NCBI GenBank assembly: GCA_964035545.1
Contig: OZ037769.1
Span: 17,018,633 to 17,082,632, forward strand
Origin: Bugula neritina
Lineage: Eukaryota > Animalia > Bryozoa
Direction of reading: 5' to 3'
Length of the DNA: 64,000 bases
In this document: piece by piece, positions 13,301-24,651 of the stretch
Numbering within the stretch: position 1 is the stretch's first letter
How the letters are laid out: each line of letters opens with the position of its first letter
Made by a program: the position numbers and the translations under genes
The notes under the pieces: model-generated
Seen by the model: only the letters and a program-made list of their open reading frames with translations
What the model was told of the DNA's origin: nothing
The model's database searches: none

Positions 13301-16300
13301 ATTAACATAGTGTTGTTATTCTGGCTTTACCTGTAAGCCTTCGGATCTTCAATGTCGTCAGGTAGCTTCTGATCCTCGGCTAACTTGAGAGCGGAGGGTA
13401 TCTTCGCCTTCACCACCTCAGCATCCACTTCTTTCTGGGACATGTAGTTGTACACAAAGAAGTTGCCATCCTGACCTGCGAATATACAACTCATTGTAAG
13501 CTGGGCTCTCTTATCAGGTGGAGATAAATGCTAAAAGTGGCTCCATGAAGGCAAAAAATGAGCTAAACCACAAAAAGTTTAAATAAAGCTGACAGAAATA
13601 TTTTAATCAATTTGATGAGTCAGAATATGAACAGAAGAAAAGCAGACGTCAGTAAAACACGCAGACGTACGCTCAGCGAGAACTACAACTAGACGTACCA
13701 ACAGTGATGATGTAGCTGCCGTCGTAACTTATGTTTATAGAAGTGATGCTGCCATTCTGATTGTCGTGCATGGCGAGCTGCCAGTATGAACTTGTGTCAA
13801 CAAGGTCGGAGCCTGTGATTGGATGAGCTCTGATAACACCCGTCTGAGAGCCAATCAAAACTTGCTGATGTGTGTCGCTACAGAAAATGTTAGTTATTGA
13901 GCCTATCATATACCTACATGCATGTATCTGTGCAATTTATGAGACTGGAATGAATTTGAGACGTTTTAGTATCCAATCTCGAAACATGGCATAACACAAC
14001 TAATAAAATACTAAATTAAAGTTGGGATTATTTCATGCATAAGCTTATTAGCAAAAAGCAACCAGTTAATGCTTAGACCAACCATTTTTTATTCAATTAA
14101 AAAATTTGAAAAGTAAAAATGAAGTCAATCATAGATTTAGTATAACTTTTGTTAGTTTAATTAAAGTCAATGTTTAATGTTAACCAATTAGAAATGTAGG
14201 TACCTAAACTTCATAGTGCTGATTGGTGTTTCTGGAAGACCCTCTACAGGGATGGATCTGATTGGCTGATATCTGTCTTCTGCAGGAATCTTCTGCAGTT
14301 CAGCCTCTTCCTTGAACTGACACTGATACAGATATCCGGCATCAAAGTCATCCATAGACAGCCAGAATGTACCTAATATATACAGTACTATGTACCTAAT
14401 ATATACAGTACTATGTACCTAATATATACAGTAGAATGTACCTAATATATACAGTACAATGTACCTAATAGATACAGTACAATGTACCTAATATATACAG
14501 TAGAATGTACCTAATATATACAGTAGAATGTACCTAATATATACAGTACAATGTACCTAATAGATACAGTACAATGTACCTAATATATACAGTAGAATGT
14601 ACCTAATATATACAGTACAATGTACCTAATATATACAGTACAATGTACCTAATATATACAGTACAATGTACCTAATATATACAGTACAATGTACCTAATA
14701 TATACAGTAGAATGTACCTAATATATACAGTACAATGTATATAATGCTATTTATAACACAATGTGCTTAATATATGAAAATTAGATATACAGTACAACAT
14801 ATAAATTTATTATATATAATATAATGTATAAATAATACAATATTATATAATATATGATGTACCTAATACATAAATATAACATATAATAATACAATATATA
14901 CAAATTATATATAATACAGCGTATACCACAGAAGTCACTAGTTAGAATGTACTTAGTATGTAAATAGGAAATATCATGTAAAAAAATTTAGTAAAGTTTC
15001 TTATTCAACAAAAACTAATGAAAACAAAAAACTAATATAAATCTAGTGCTGTTAGTATTCTTTGTCTATCCACACCAGAGAGTCTGTCTGTGCGTGAATA
15101 GAGAGATTGTACCTATACAAGTATGACCTATACAAGTATGACCTATACAAGTATTACCTATACAAGTATTACCTATACAAGTATGACCTATACAAGTATT
15201 TCCTATACAAGTATTACCTATACAAGTAATACCTATACAAGTATTACCTGGAGAATGTAACAGACAGAGTAACTGACATACCTGGCTCGTCTTTAGAGTA
15301 ATATCCGTACAAGATGGCCGACGGTGTGGTCGGAATGTACGGCTTCCATTCTTCTTCCTCGTCCTTCTTTTCTTCCTCTGAAACCACAAGAGCAAAACAT
15401 GCAATAGCCTGAGAGAAATAGAGTAAAACTATCATGGGAAGGGGGGCTACTGCTATACTAACATACCCTCCTCCTCGTCATCTGACTCAGACGCAAGACC
15501 TCGCTCTATCCTCAACCTCCTTTCTTCCTCCTTCTTCTTCTTAGCTGCTTCTTCGTCCAATCTCTTCCTTTCCAACTCTTCCTCGTGTCTCAACTCTGAC
15601 CTTCAAAGGTCATTCGAGACGCTTACAATACCATGTATGCATATATCATGTCACACAGTTTCTTTACATAGACAAACAGTGGAAGTGGGTGTGGCTACTT
15701 AGCCTTAGAGCCAACACTTACTTTATACTCTTGAACTGGTGGGTCCGTATACCCAGACCTTCTATCTGATAAGACCTCGAGGTGTCGAATGTGCCTGGCT
15801 CAGGGCAGTCTATTTCCTGACAGAAGCCATTGGAGCAGCACACAAGTAGAGTTGTCTTTTCCTGCAACACATTGTTCTGGAATATTCCATCACATATAAA
15901 CTTGGGTTCTTCTGATGTCAAGTTTAAGCAGTACAAACTGTTTAACTGAAAGTTCAGAGTTACCATTGTATTATGTAATAAGCTTGAGATCCACACACAC
16001 GCACAGCTACTAGGAGTTGTATTCTCAAATTTACACAGTAACTGGGAGTTTTATTTTCAAACTTACATAGCTACTGGGAGACCAAGAAATGTGTGTGACT
16101 GGACCAGCTACAGGGACAAATCCTATTGGATGATATTCCTTCTTCGACACATTGAAGAAGAAAACAGTTCCGTCTTCACTTCCTGTAGCCAGTGTCTCGC
16201 CAGTGGAATCGTAGGCTAAACTAGTTACGGCCTTGACATGCGGCTTGAATACCTGTAGAATAGCAGATGTAATAGTATAGTTGCTAGTAGCTAGTTGCTA

Positions 16301-19300
16301 GTAGTCAGTTGCTAGTAGCCAGTTGCTAGTAGCCAGTTGCTAATAGCCAGTTGCTAGTAGCTAGTTGCTAGTTGCTAGCAGCCAGTTGCTAGTTGCTAAT
16401 AGCCAGTTGCTAGTAGCTAGTTGCTAGTAGCTAGTAGCCAGCTGCTAGCAGCCAGTTGCTAGTAGCCAGTTGCTAGTAGCCAGTTGCTAGTAGTAGAGTT
16501 ACCTGAGCTAACAGCAACTCAGATTCTTGAGCTCCCTTTTTAGAACTTTCTTCCTTTTTACTCAAAACAAAAGAGCGAACGACTCCATCTCCAAACCCTG
16601 CTAGGATTGATGCCCCTTTAGTATCCACCTGCAGAGTGATAGCAACAGGAAGTAAGTGATGTGCAGAAGGACAAACAGCAGGAGTTTGACATGGGATAAA
16701 ATTGACCAATAAGAATTCAGTAATTACTAAAGCCATTATAATATAATATTGTATTTAGTTTAGTGAGCTACACATCTTCCACTAGTTTACTAAATTACTT
16801 CAAATATATAACATATATGATAATTTACAGGTAGTTTATTTTGGATCTTAAAATTTTAGAAAAATTCAGAATTAATTTGGAAACAATTCAAAAGAAAAAT
16901 CCTAAGTCTTGAAACTTCAATCTCACAATCAGGAAATGACTGAAATGGACTCTACTAACCAACTTGGGAGCCCAGACTATGCTGGTCCCCTCGGCATTCA
17001 GTATCGTCTCGCAGACGGCTGCGTTGTTCACGTAATCATACACTCTAACAGTCTTATCTACTCCCGCCGTGGCCACTAGGTGACTGACAGGAGAGGTCGA
17101 GCAGCCAGTGATGGCTCCAGCGTGATAGTACATCAACCTCTCCGGGGCAGCAGACGTGTGACTGAAGGAGAGGTCAAGCTTCCAGATACCTCCGTTAGCA
17201 TCCTGTTGGAAGAGTTGACCAGTTTATCCGATAGATAGATGGAATATATGATACAGGAATGCAACAAAATAGTCGAATTGGTGGAATCACTAGAAATAAC
17301 TCCCTTGTGTTGATAATTTTCTGGTTTAGAAAACAAATAAAACCATTAAGAAATAAAAAGCCTGTATAACTAGAAATAAACAAGTATTCAGAAAAGTATC
17401 TTGATATTAAGCTCAGGTTCTTTGCTGCGTGTAGACATAAATTAGGGGTCGTACCTGAGCGTACCAGATTGTAGATTCCTCCTCATCATCTACAGCTTTG
17501 ACTATAGACCTGAGGCTAACATGCTCGTTGTGACCTATTTTTATCTCATTCATCGGTTCCATTTCAAACAGACCACTTTCGTCTGTAGAATCGGCTGTGT
17601 CTATCGTGTCGAAATCCCAAACCTACAATACAGCATTATACTTTATATAACCTACAATACTATACTTTATATAACCTACAATACTATACTTTATATAACC
17701 TACAATACTATACTATATATAACCTACAGTACTATACTGTATATAACCTACAATACTATACTATATATAACCTACAATACTATACTTTATATAACCTACA
17801 ATACTATACTATATATAACCTACAATACTATACTTTATATAACCTACAATACTATACTATATATAACCTACAATACTATACTTTATATAACCTACAATAC
17901 TATACTTTATATAACCTACAATATTATACTTTATATAACCTACAATACTATACTTTATATAACCTACAATACTATACTATATATAACCTACAATACTATA
18001 CTTTATATAACCTACAATATTATACTTTATATAACCTACAATACTATACTTTATATAACCTACAATACTATACGGTATATAAGCTAGAACTCACTCTGAT
18101 ACAGCCGTCTTCCCCGACAGTCATGAGTTCCCCCTCGTCCATGATAATCTGCTGGATGGGGCCGTGATGACACGTCTTCTTACCTTTACGGCTTATCTCC
18201 ACCTTGATGAGACAGCCGTCCCATAGCAGCATGTTTCCGTTCTCACAGCCCGAGAGTACCTAGTGCAGGTAAATATATGTAAATATATACAGGTAAATAT
18301 ATGTAGATATACAGGTAAATATATGTAGATATACACGTAAATATATGTAGATATACAGGTAAATATATGTAGATATACAGGTAAGAGTAGATACATACAG
18401 CTAAAGATAAATATACAGAGCTAAGTGTAGATATTTGTAAAAATATAATTGTTTGAGAGAGTTGGGATTTAGAAATAGAACTATCACCATTAACAGATAA
18501 AAAGTACAAGATAAATGAAACTTAGACAAAAAACTATTTTCACAGATAAAATAAAAGTTGAAGAAAACCCTAGATCATATGTCTAATTACAGAGAAAGAA
18601 AAACAGAATGACTCCACCGAATAAAGACAATGATTCAACACACTGTAAGCAATGACACATACCTTTCCGTCAGGAAGTTCGACATAACCTTCGATATCGG
18701 AAATCTCAGTTTTACCGAACTTTCCCAGTTCTCCTTGCAACTTGAGTCCAGTGAATGTGTGAGCCATTTTCCAGAACCTGCGTGGAGCACATATATATAT
18801 ACGTTATGATTGTGATACACACTAATTTCAGTAGAGTCTGATGTTAGAACTGAAGCTAAACTCACCTGATATGGCCGGTACCAGACGAGGTCAACTGACC
18901 CTCAAGGTCGGTGGAGAAACTAACTCTGAAGACATCTTGGGAGAAGGCTTTAGACCTCAACACCGTTTGCTCAGCCTTCCAGTTCCACAGAGTCAGCATG
19001 AAATCTGGATCTCCTCCAACTGATGCCAGCAGCTTACCGTCAGGGCTGTCAGAGGAAAATTCAGTGCAATGAATGTATGAATTACAGACAATCTTAAATA
19101 TCAATATAAACTGGAAGAATGTTTACTTCAACACAGATTGATAGTAAAATAAAAAAATTTTCCAAAGCATAATTTATGCTCAGTTACGTTTAAAAATAAA
19201 ATAATTATAATGGCTGCAAAAGCTACTGAATGGGTATTAAATTCGAGAACAAAAAAAATTTGCTACGCCCGAACAGGGACTCGAACCCTGGACCCTCAGA

Positions 19301-22300
19301 TTAAAAGTCTGATGCTCTACCGACTGAGCTATCCGGGCAGCTCTGACAATGGAGCTCGTGTAAACAAATGTGTCAATATAGCAAACAAAGCAACAGCTGG
19401 TGGTAACTTTATTTTCTCACAGTTACCAAAGTTAATAGTCCCTCAATAATTTCTATGTTAATGTCACAACTGTCACTTGTCTCTGTAAAAACTTTCAAAA
19501 AGACTTTTCAGTTTTATTTTAAGGTGTTATATCTGATAACAGCTTTTCAGTCCCTGTTTAAATGCCACATTATAGCTACATTAAAAACTATTTCTGATGA
19601 AAATGTTAAAATTTTAACCTTGTTCACAATTAAGCTTTTTTAAAACAAACTTCAATTTTTAATTAATGTAATCTAAATAAAGAATGTCTTGTTGAAAGTT
19701 GCAGCTAATTGTAACTTTAATTCAAAGTTGGAGAAAATAATTTAATGTATTGAGAAACTATAGTTGGAAATAGAGAGGTAAAATTATCTATAATATATCA
19801 AACTATGAGTAAATGCCGATCGAAACAACTTGAAAATTTAATAAACTTAGGCTAACCTGAAGCATACATATGCGTAGGTTTGCTGAGTTCCACCTCGGAG
19901 TATTCTATGGAGTCTAAGGCTATCATACTCGTAGATATTTATGTCGGGGGCATCTCCCTTCTCCGCTACAGCTAACCACTTCCGGTTAGGGTGAATCTAC
20001 AGGAATCAAGTATATTTCCTGTTGGTGTACACAGAGCTGAATATACAGACATATTCTAATGGAAGCTATACGCCTGCAGGATGTAGCAGCATTAGGGGAG
20101 TAAATAAATAGGAGAAAGCCTTCTCTCACCTCTACACTTATATTATCACTCCGAAAAAAACATAAACCCACTGAATTCAATCAACATATTATTATACTAA
20201 ACACTAAATGTGTGAAACAAGAGGAAGTCTACAGTATAAAAGGGAAATGGTGTGCTGATGATGCATTGTGGGAGAGTTTATTTCCCTGCACCATGTTAGT
20301 TAGAGAGGAGAAAACTCCAGATTTCGCTGAATCAAACAAAAGTTAAAGAAACTCACGCAGATGGCGCCGATGGCAACACCACCCGTACTTCTGATGTACG
20401 TCTGCTGCATAGTGATGATGTCTACAATCTCAACGAGATTACCGGCCACGTAGGCGACTGTGCGCGAGTCCAGCATCACCAGGTTACCTCGTCTGCAGCA
20501 GTCGTACCCAAAACTATGCGAGAGTTGAAGCATGTTGGCAGGAAGACCCGATTCTTCTGCAAAGGTCAACAGGAAATGACTTCAGTAAGACAGCAATGGC
20601 AAGATTTTAAAATCATTGACTTAATAAAGATTCAAATTATTAAAATATAAAAGGTACTAATAGGTATGATATACGATCACTATGAGAAATATATACAAGG
20701 GGAGTTCCGTGACAAAAGAAGAGAAAAAGTTCCTGAGTTTTGGTTTTGAGAAATTTAAATCAGTAAAATTAAAGCCAGTGGCATTACTAAGACAATTCTA
20801 AATAAATTAATGTTTCACAGAGCTTTCCATGAGATTAATTTGTTGATAATCACAACAAATAAGAAAACTCTGAACCGATACTAACACCAATACCTAAAAC
20901 TGGAGAGAAATCTCACCTGTGATGAGAGGTTTAGAGACTTTGTCCTCGTAGTCGTAGTAGAAGTCATCTGGTATGGCGGGTTTCTCGTCCTGTTTGACTT
21001 CATCGCTCGTGACTGAAGCTTCATCTCCCCTGTAAACAGAACAAAATGCATACAACTAGCAGTCTACCTCTTATAAACTACTAGTACTTCAGGAGCATGA
21101 CTCATCATTATAGTTAACTGTAAAGTAAACAGCAAGATTACCTGATGTTAGGATCGTCTCCTCTCACAGTTCCTTCCGGAAGCTCTGCTTCCCCGGCTCC
21201 ACCTTCCTCGGCTCCAGTTTTGTCTCCAGTAGCTTCTGCAGGAGGAACATCTGGTTTAGCTTCAGCAGGGACATCTGCAGTAACTCCATCTGCAGATGAT
21301 GCAGTAACTCCATCTGCAGAAGGCGCAGTAACCCCATCTGCAGAGGGGGCAGTCACTGTATCTGCAGAAGGCGCAGTAACTCCATCTGCAGAAGGCGCAG
21401 TCACTGTATCTGCAGAAGCATCTGCAGCTTTAAGTTCACTGCCTTCTGCAGGTTTACCCTCTGCGGAATTAGTGTCATTGTTGGATGTTTCTGGAAGTCC
21501 AGTTGTTTCAACAGTTGACTCGCTCTGTTCAACTGCTGTATCCCCTTCCTTGGCTGTACCAGCATCACCTGCTTTCAGTTCTGCATCATCTGCTTTAACT
21601 TCTGCACTTTCATCTGCTTTTACTTCTGAATTATCTGCTTTAACTTCTGCATTATCTGCTTCAACTCCTGCATTATCTGCTTTAACTTCTGCATCATCTG
21701 CTTTAACTTCTGCATCATCTGCTTTAACGTCTGCACCATCTGCTTTAACGCCTGCACCTTCATCTGTTTTAACTTCTGAATTATCAGCTTTAACTTCTGC
21801 ACCTTCCTCTGCTTTTACTTCTGCATCATCTGCTTTTACTTCTGCATTATCTGCTTTAACTCCTGCATTGTCTGCTTTAACTTCTGCATCATCTGCTTTA
21901 ACGTCTGCACCATCTGCTTTAACGTCTGCACCAGCTTTTTCATCTGCTTTTGCTCCTTCTTCTGCAGTCTCAGTAGTAGCCGCAGGTTCTGACTCTCCAG
22001 CTGTATATTACCAAAAATACGTTCATATATTCTAGAACTTTTCTTTAAAATTAAAACTATCTAACTAAATTCTAAAACTAAACATTAAACTTCCAATTTC
22101 TAACTAAATTTAATAATGAAAGATGATTTAAAAGAGAAGCTGTATTTGTACCGGTGTTATCTACAGCTCCACTAGGTTGATCAGCAGCGGACGTGTTCTC
22201 ACTAGCAGCAGCGCCTTCTGTCTGTAACACTTCAGGTTCACCTAAAATTAAGTCAATCAACAATGTTTATAATACGACTGAGTCAATGAGCCAATCAAAA

Positions 22301-24173
22301 GAGCCGGTCTCCGCCTTTAGTTGAAACATACTCACGAAACAATGACTTGTGCAAAAGGAGTGCAAAGGAAAGGAAAGTAAAGTGAGTCTTTGCTTCTTGA
22401 AGCACAACATACTGCAAACACGATTGAAAATCTGTAGTTCTGATAAGTCTTTCTGATAACAACACGGTATGAGATGTACGGCAGTCAAACTGAAAACATT
22501 TCACTTCCCGAATCAAAAAACCTAGTTTTAACAACTTGTGAAAGTTGACCTAATAAACTACCTTATTTCTATAACTTACATAAAACTATCTAAAAATTTT
22601 CTACAAATTAAACTTAGACTACAATTAGACATACAAGGTCGACAATCACCCCATTTTACTAGTTTATTACTTTGACAACACCTCACAAACGAGATAACAT
22701 CTCGACAACGCTGTGTGAACACAGAAATAAAATATATTGTGCAGAGTTTGAAGGACAGTTTTGCAAAAACTTTGTGCTTTTTGAAAGTAGTGAAGATTCA
22801 CAGTTGCACACGACTGTGTGCCAGTGTTCATGCAATACTCTGCCACTCAGTACCTCGGGGTGTACTAATATCCCTAAAAGCACCCTCAGATTGAGCTGCT
22901 ATAAGCTCAGGGTCTAAGTCTAAGCCCGGTGGACTGAGTGCTCTAATAATGTCATTCTGCTCATCAAGCGTGAGCTGCCAATCTGGGGGAGGGTCATCTC
23001 CCTGATGGTTGATACGGTAACGTCTCAACGCTTCCTCTCTAAGGTGATATGTTGCCTCACGAAGGTTTCTAGATTTCCTTCCACTAGATGATGACGATTT
23101 AGCAGATTTTCTGTAGTTCACTGTTGTTGGTTAAATACACACATAATTCATTAGTGGGCACACAGTGTTAGTTTATCTGAAGCATATCTGGGTTATAGAT
23201 TAGGTCACTCAGTTTTCCAATATTTTGCAATGACAGAATTCACCCCATAAGATCTATGTTTGTCAAAAAGAAATTATATTTTGTTCATTAAAATTTTAAT
23301 TAATTGTCTAGACTCTAAAATCTGTGCAAACACTTTTAACCTCTCAAAATATTTTGAGAAAAATAATTTTATTTTCTAAAAATATGATTCTTTTTCTCAA
23401 ACTATGCTAATTCTACTAACTGAAAGTCAAAACAACAAATTTTTTCACTATTTAAGTTATGCAATGATTAACTGATTTCCAATCATCTCTTACTACCACT
23501 AATTATTATGGTCAAACTAGTTTATACTATAAACTAATAGTAATACTAATAGCAATACAAACATAACAATTGTTATTACTTATTATAACTATAAACTGAA
23601 CTAACTTTTTACTATAGTCCATTAATTACCATGATGATTATCATTATCACAATGACAATTAGCATATTTAGTATCATTATGATTATAACTATGATTTGAT
23701 TATCAAAATGATAGCGATAGTACTAGTATAAGTATTATCAATTATGAGTTTTCACTTTTATGATATCATTATGATTATGACACGATTCAAAAGTGAACGA
23801 TTCTAACAATAATCATAACAATTATCTGTTTATTATATCAAATTATTAGAATGAATAATGAGTACCTATTTAAATTATAACAGCCACACTTGAAGGGATA
23901 TAAACCTCTAGCCAAATGCTAGTAATAAGTAATTACTCAGGCTAGGCTTTTCCAATCGCCAATCGCCAATCGGGCTATTGGCTATCGTAAGGTAAACACC
24001 CTTGAGTTTGGTAAACTATGAAGAAGCGTTTGTACTGGAAATAAAGCGTAACTATAATAAAATTTAACATTGAGTATTTTCACAACTCTTCGCTCTTTAT
24101 TTAATTCTAATTTACCTTCGTTTTGTTCATTGCCATTGCCATTAGCAGGCATCTCATCACCTTGGCTCTCCAT
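5018..24173 (-). CDS. CFAP44: Cilia- and flagella-associated protein 44 (WDR52), >30 exons
   Basis: ATG 24173 (MESQGDEMP...). WD40 exons include [59 protein letters not shown] and [12 protein letters not shown]. Coiled-coil C-terminus includes [53 protein letters not shown] and ends [12 protein letters not shown]...TGA at 5018-5020. Confidence 0.95.
7187..7410. repeat. (AGT/TAG)n microsatellite in a CFAP44 intron
   Basis: Long imperfect AGT run; gives poly-V/poly-L pseudo-ORFs. Confidence 0.95.
7824..8103 (-). repeat. 24-bp intronic minisatellite abutting a CFAP44 donor
   Basis: GTGACTCACACTCATTGTCACCAA/CTGA repeats; on the minus strand each unit contains GTGAGT. Confidence 0.9.
10692..10865 (-). 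repeat. 42-bp tandem repeat spanning a CFAP44 5' splice site (~4 copies)
   Basis: Minus strand GACCAG|GTGAG... repeated every 42 bp from the real donor at ~10859. Confidence 0.92.
12668..12901. repeat. 33-bp intronic minisatellite (~7 copies)
   Basis: TAATACTACTACTGTAAATCCTCTATTTACTGC variants in a CFAP44 intron. Confidence 0.9.
14364..14738 (-). repeat. 23-bp tandem repeat spanning a CFAP44 3' splice site (~16 copies)
   Basis: Minus unit TACTGTATATATTAG|GTACATT(C/G); the last copy is the real acceptor (AG at 14374-14373) leading into [14 protein letters not shown]. Confidence 0.95.
15110..15249 (-). repeat. 15-bp AG|GT-containing minisatellite near the 5' end of the same CFAP44 intron (~9 copies)
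   Basis: Minus unit GTAATACTTGTATAG / GTCATACTTGTATAG. Confidence 0.9.
16280..16493. repeat. 14-bp GTTGCTAGTAGCCA minisatellite filling a CFAP44 intron
   Basis: Direct inspection; lies between the donor at ~16502 and the acceptor at ~16253. Confidence 0.9.
17619..18073 (-). repeat. 24-bp tandem repeat spanning a CFAP44 3' splice site (~19 copies)
   Basis: Minus unit ATATAAAGTATAGTATTGTAG|GTT; the real acceptor at 17624-17623 leads into VWDFD. Confidence 0.95.
19266..19338 (-). tRNA. tRNA-Lys (anticodon TTT), nested in a CFAP44 intron on the same strand
   Basis: Reverse complement GCCCGGATAGCTCAGTCGGTAGAGCATCAGACTTTTAATCTGAGGGTCCAGGGTTCGAGTCCCTGTTCGGGCG (73 nt); T8 terminator at 19258-19251. 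Confidence 0.98.
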
Positions 24174-24437
24174 TTTGGGTATAGTGGTTGCTAATGGTTT
24201 CGCGCATGCGTTCAACATTACCTGTATAAGTAAAATATGTATGAGGACACTACGGGACCTACCGATAAAATACTTTTAGCTTTAGTCGAGAAACGTAATC
24301 TAAGTGTGATCACGTGGTCTAAAATTCCATTCGTACTAGCGGTAGCTTTATGTTATTGTAAAGATTAATAATTTATTCGCTTTATCAATCACACCCGCAG
24401 TAGTTTACTCTTCATTCAAGTTTTCATTTGATTAAAT
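24174..24437. promoter_or_regulatory. Bidirectional promoter/5' UTR region shared by CFAP44 and TTC8
   Basis: 264 bp between divergent ATGs. Contains X-box-like GTTGCTAATGGTTTC (24187-24201), NRF1-like CGCGCATGCG (24201-24210) and E-box CACGTG (24311-24316). Confidence 0.65.
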
Positions 24438-24595
24438 ATGGATCCTTTATTTTTAGCTTACAGTTTGTTTAGACGTAGAAGATTACAGGAGTGCGTTGAC
24501 ATTTGCTCAGAACTATTATCAAAAAATCCTCTAGACCAGGTATGTAGTTGTACTCATTATGATTATCATTAATCATTATGAATGTGATTATGTAG

Positions 24596-24651
<56 letters not shown>

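Noticed and set aside
17521-18087. 188-aa + strand ORF (YITYNTIL repeats)
   Set aside because: Antisense translation of the 24-bp acceptor array.
21145-22035. 296-aa Ser/Ala-rich + strand ORF
   Set aside because: Antisense shadow of the repetitive CFAP44 exon.
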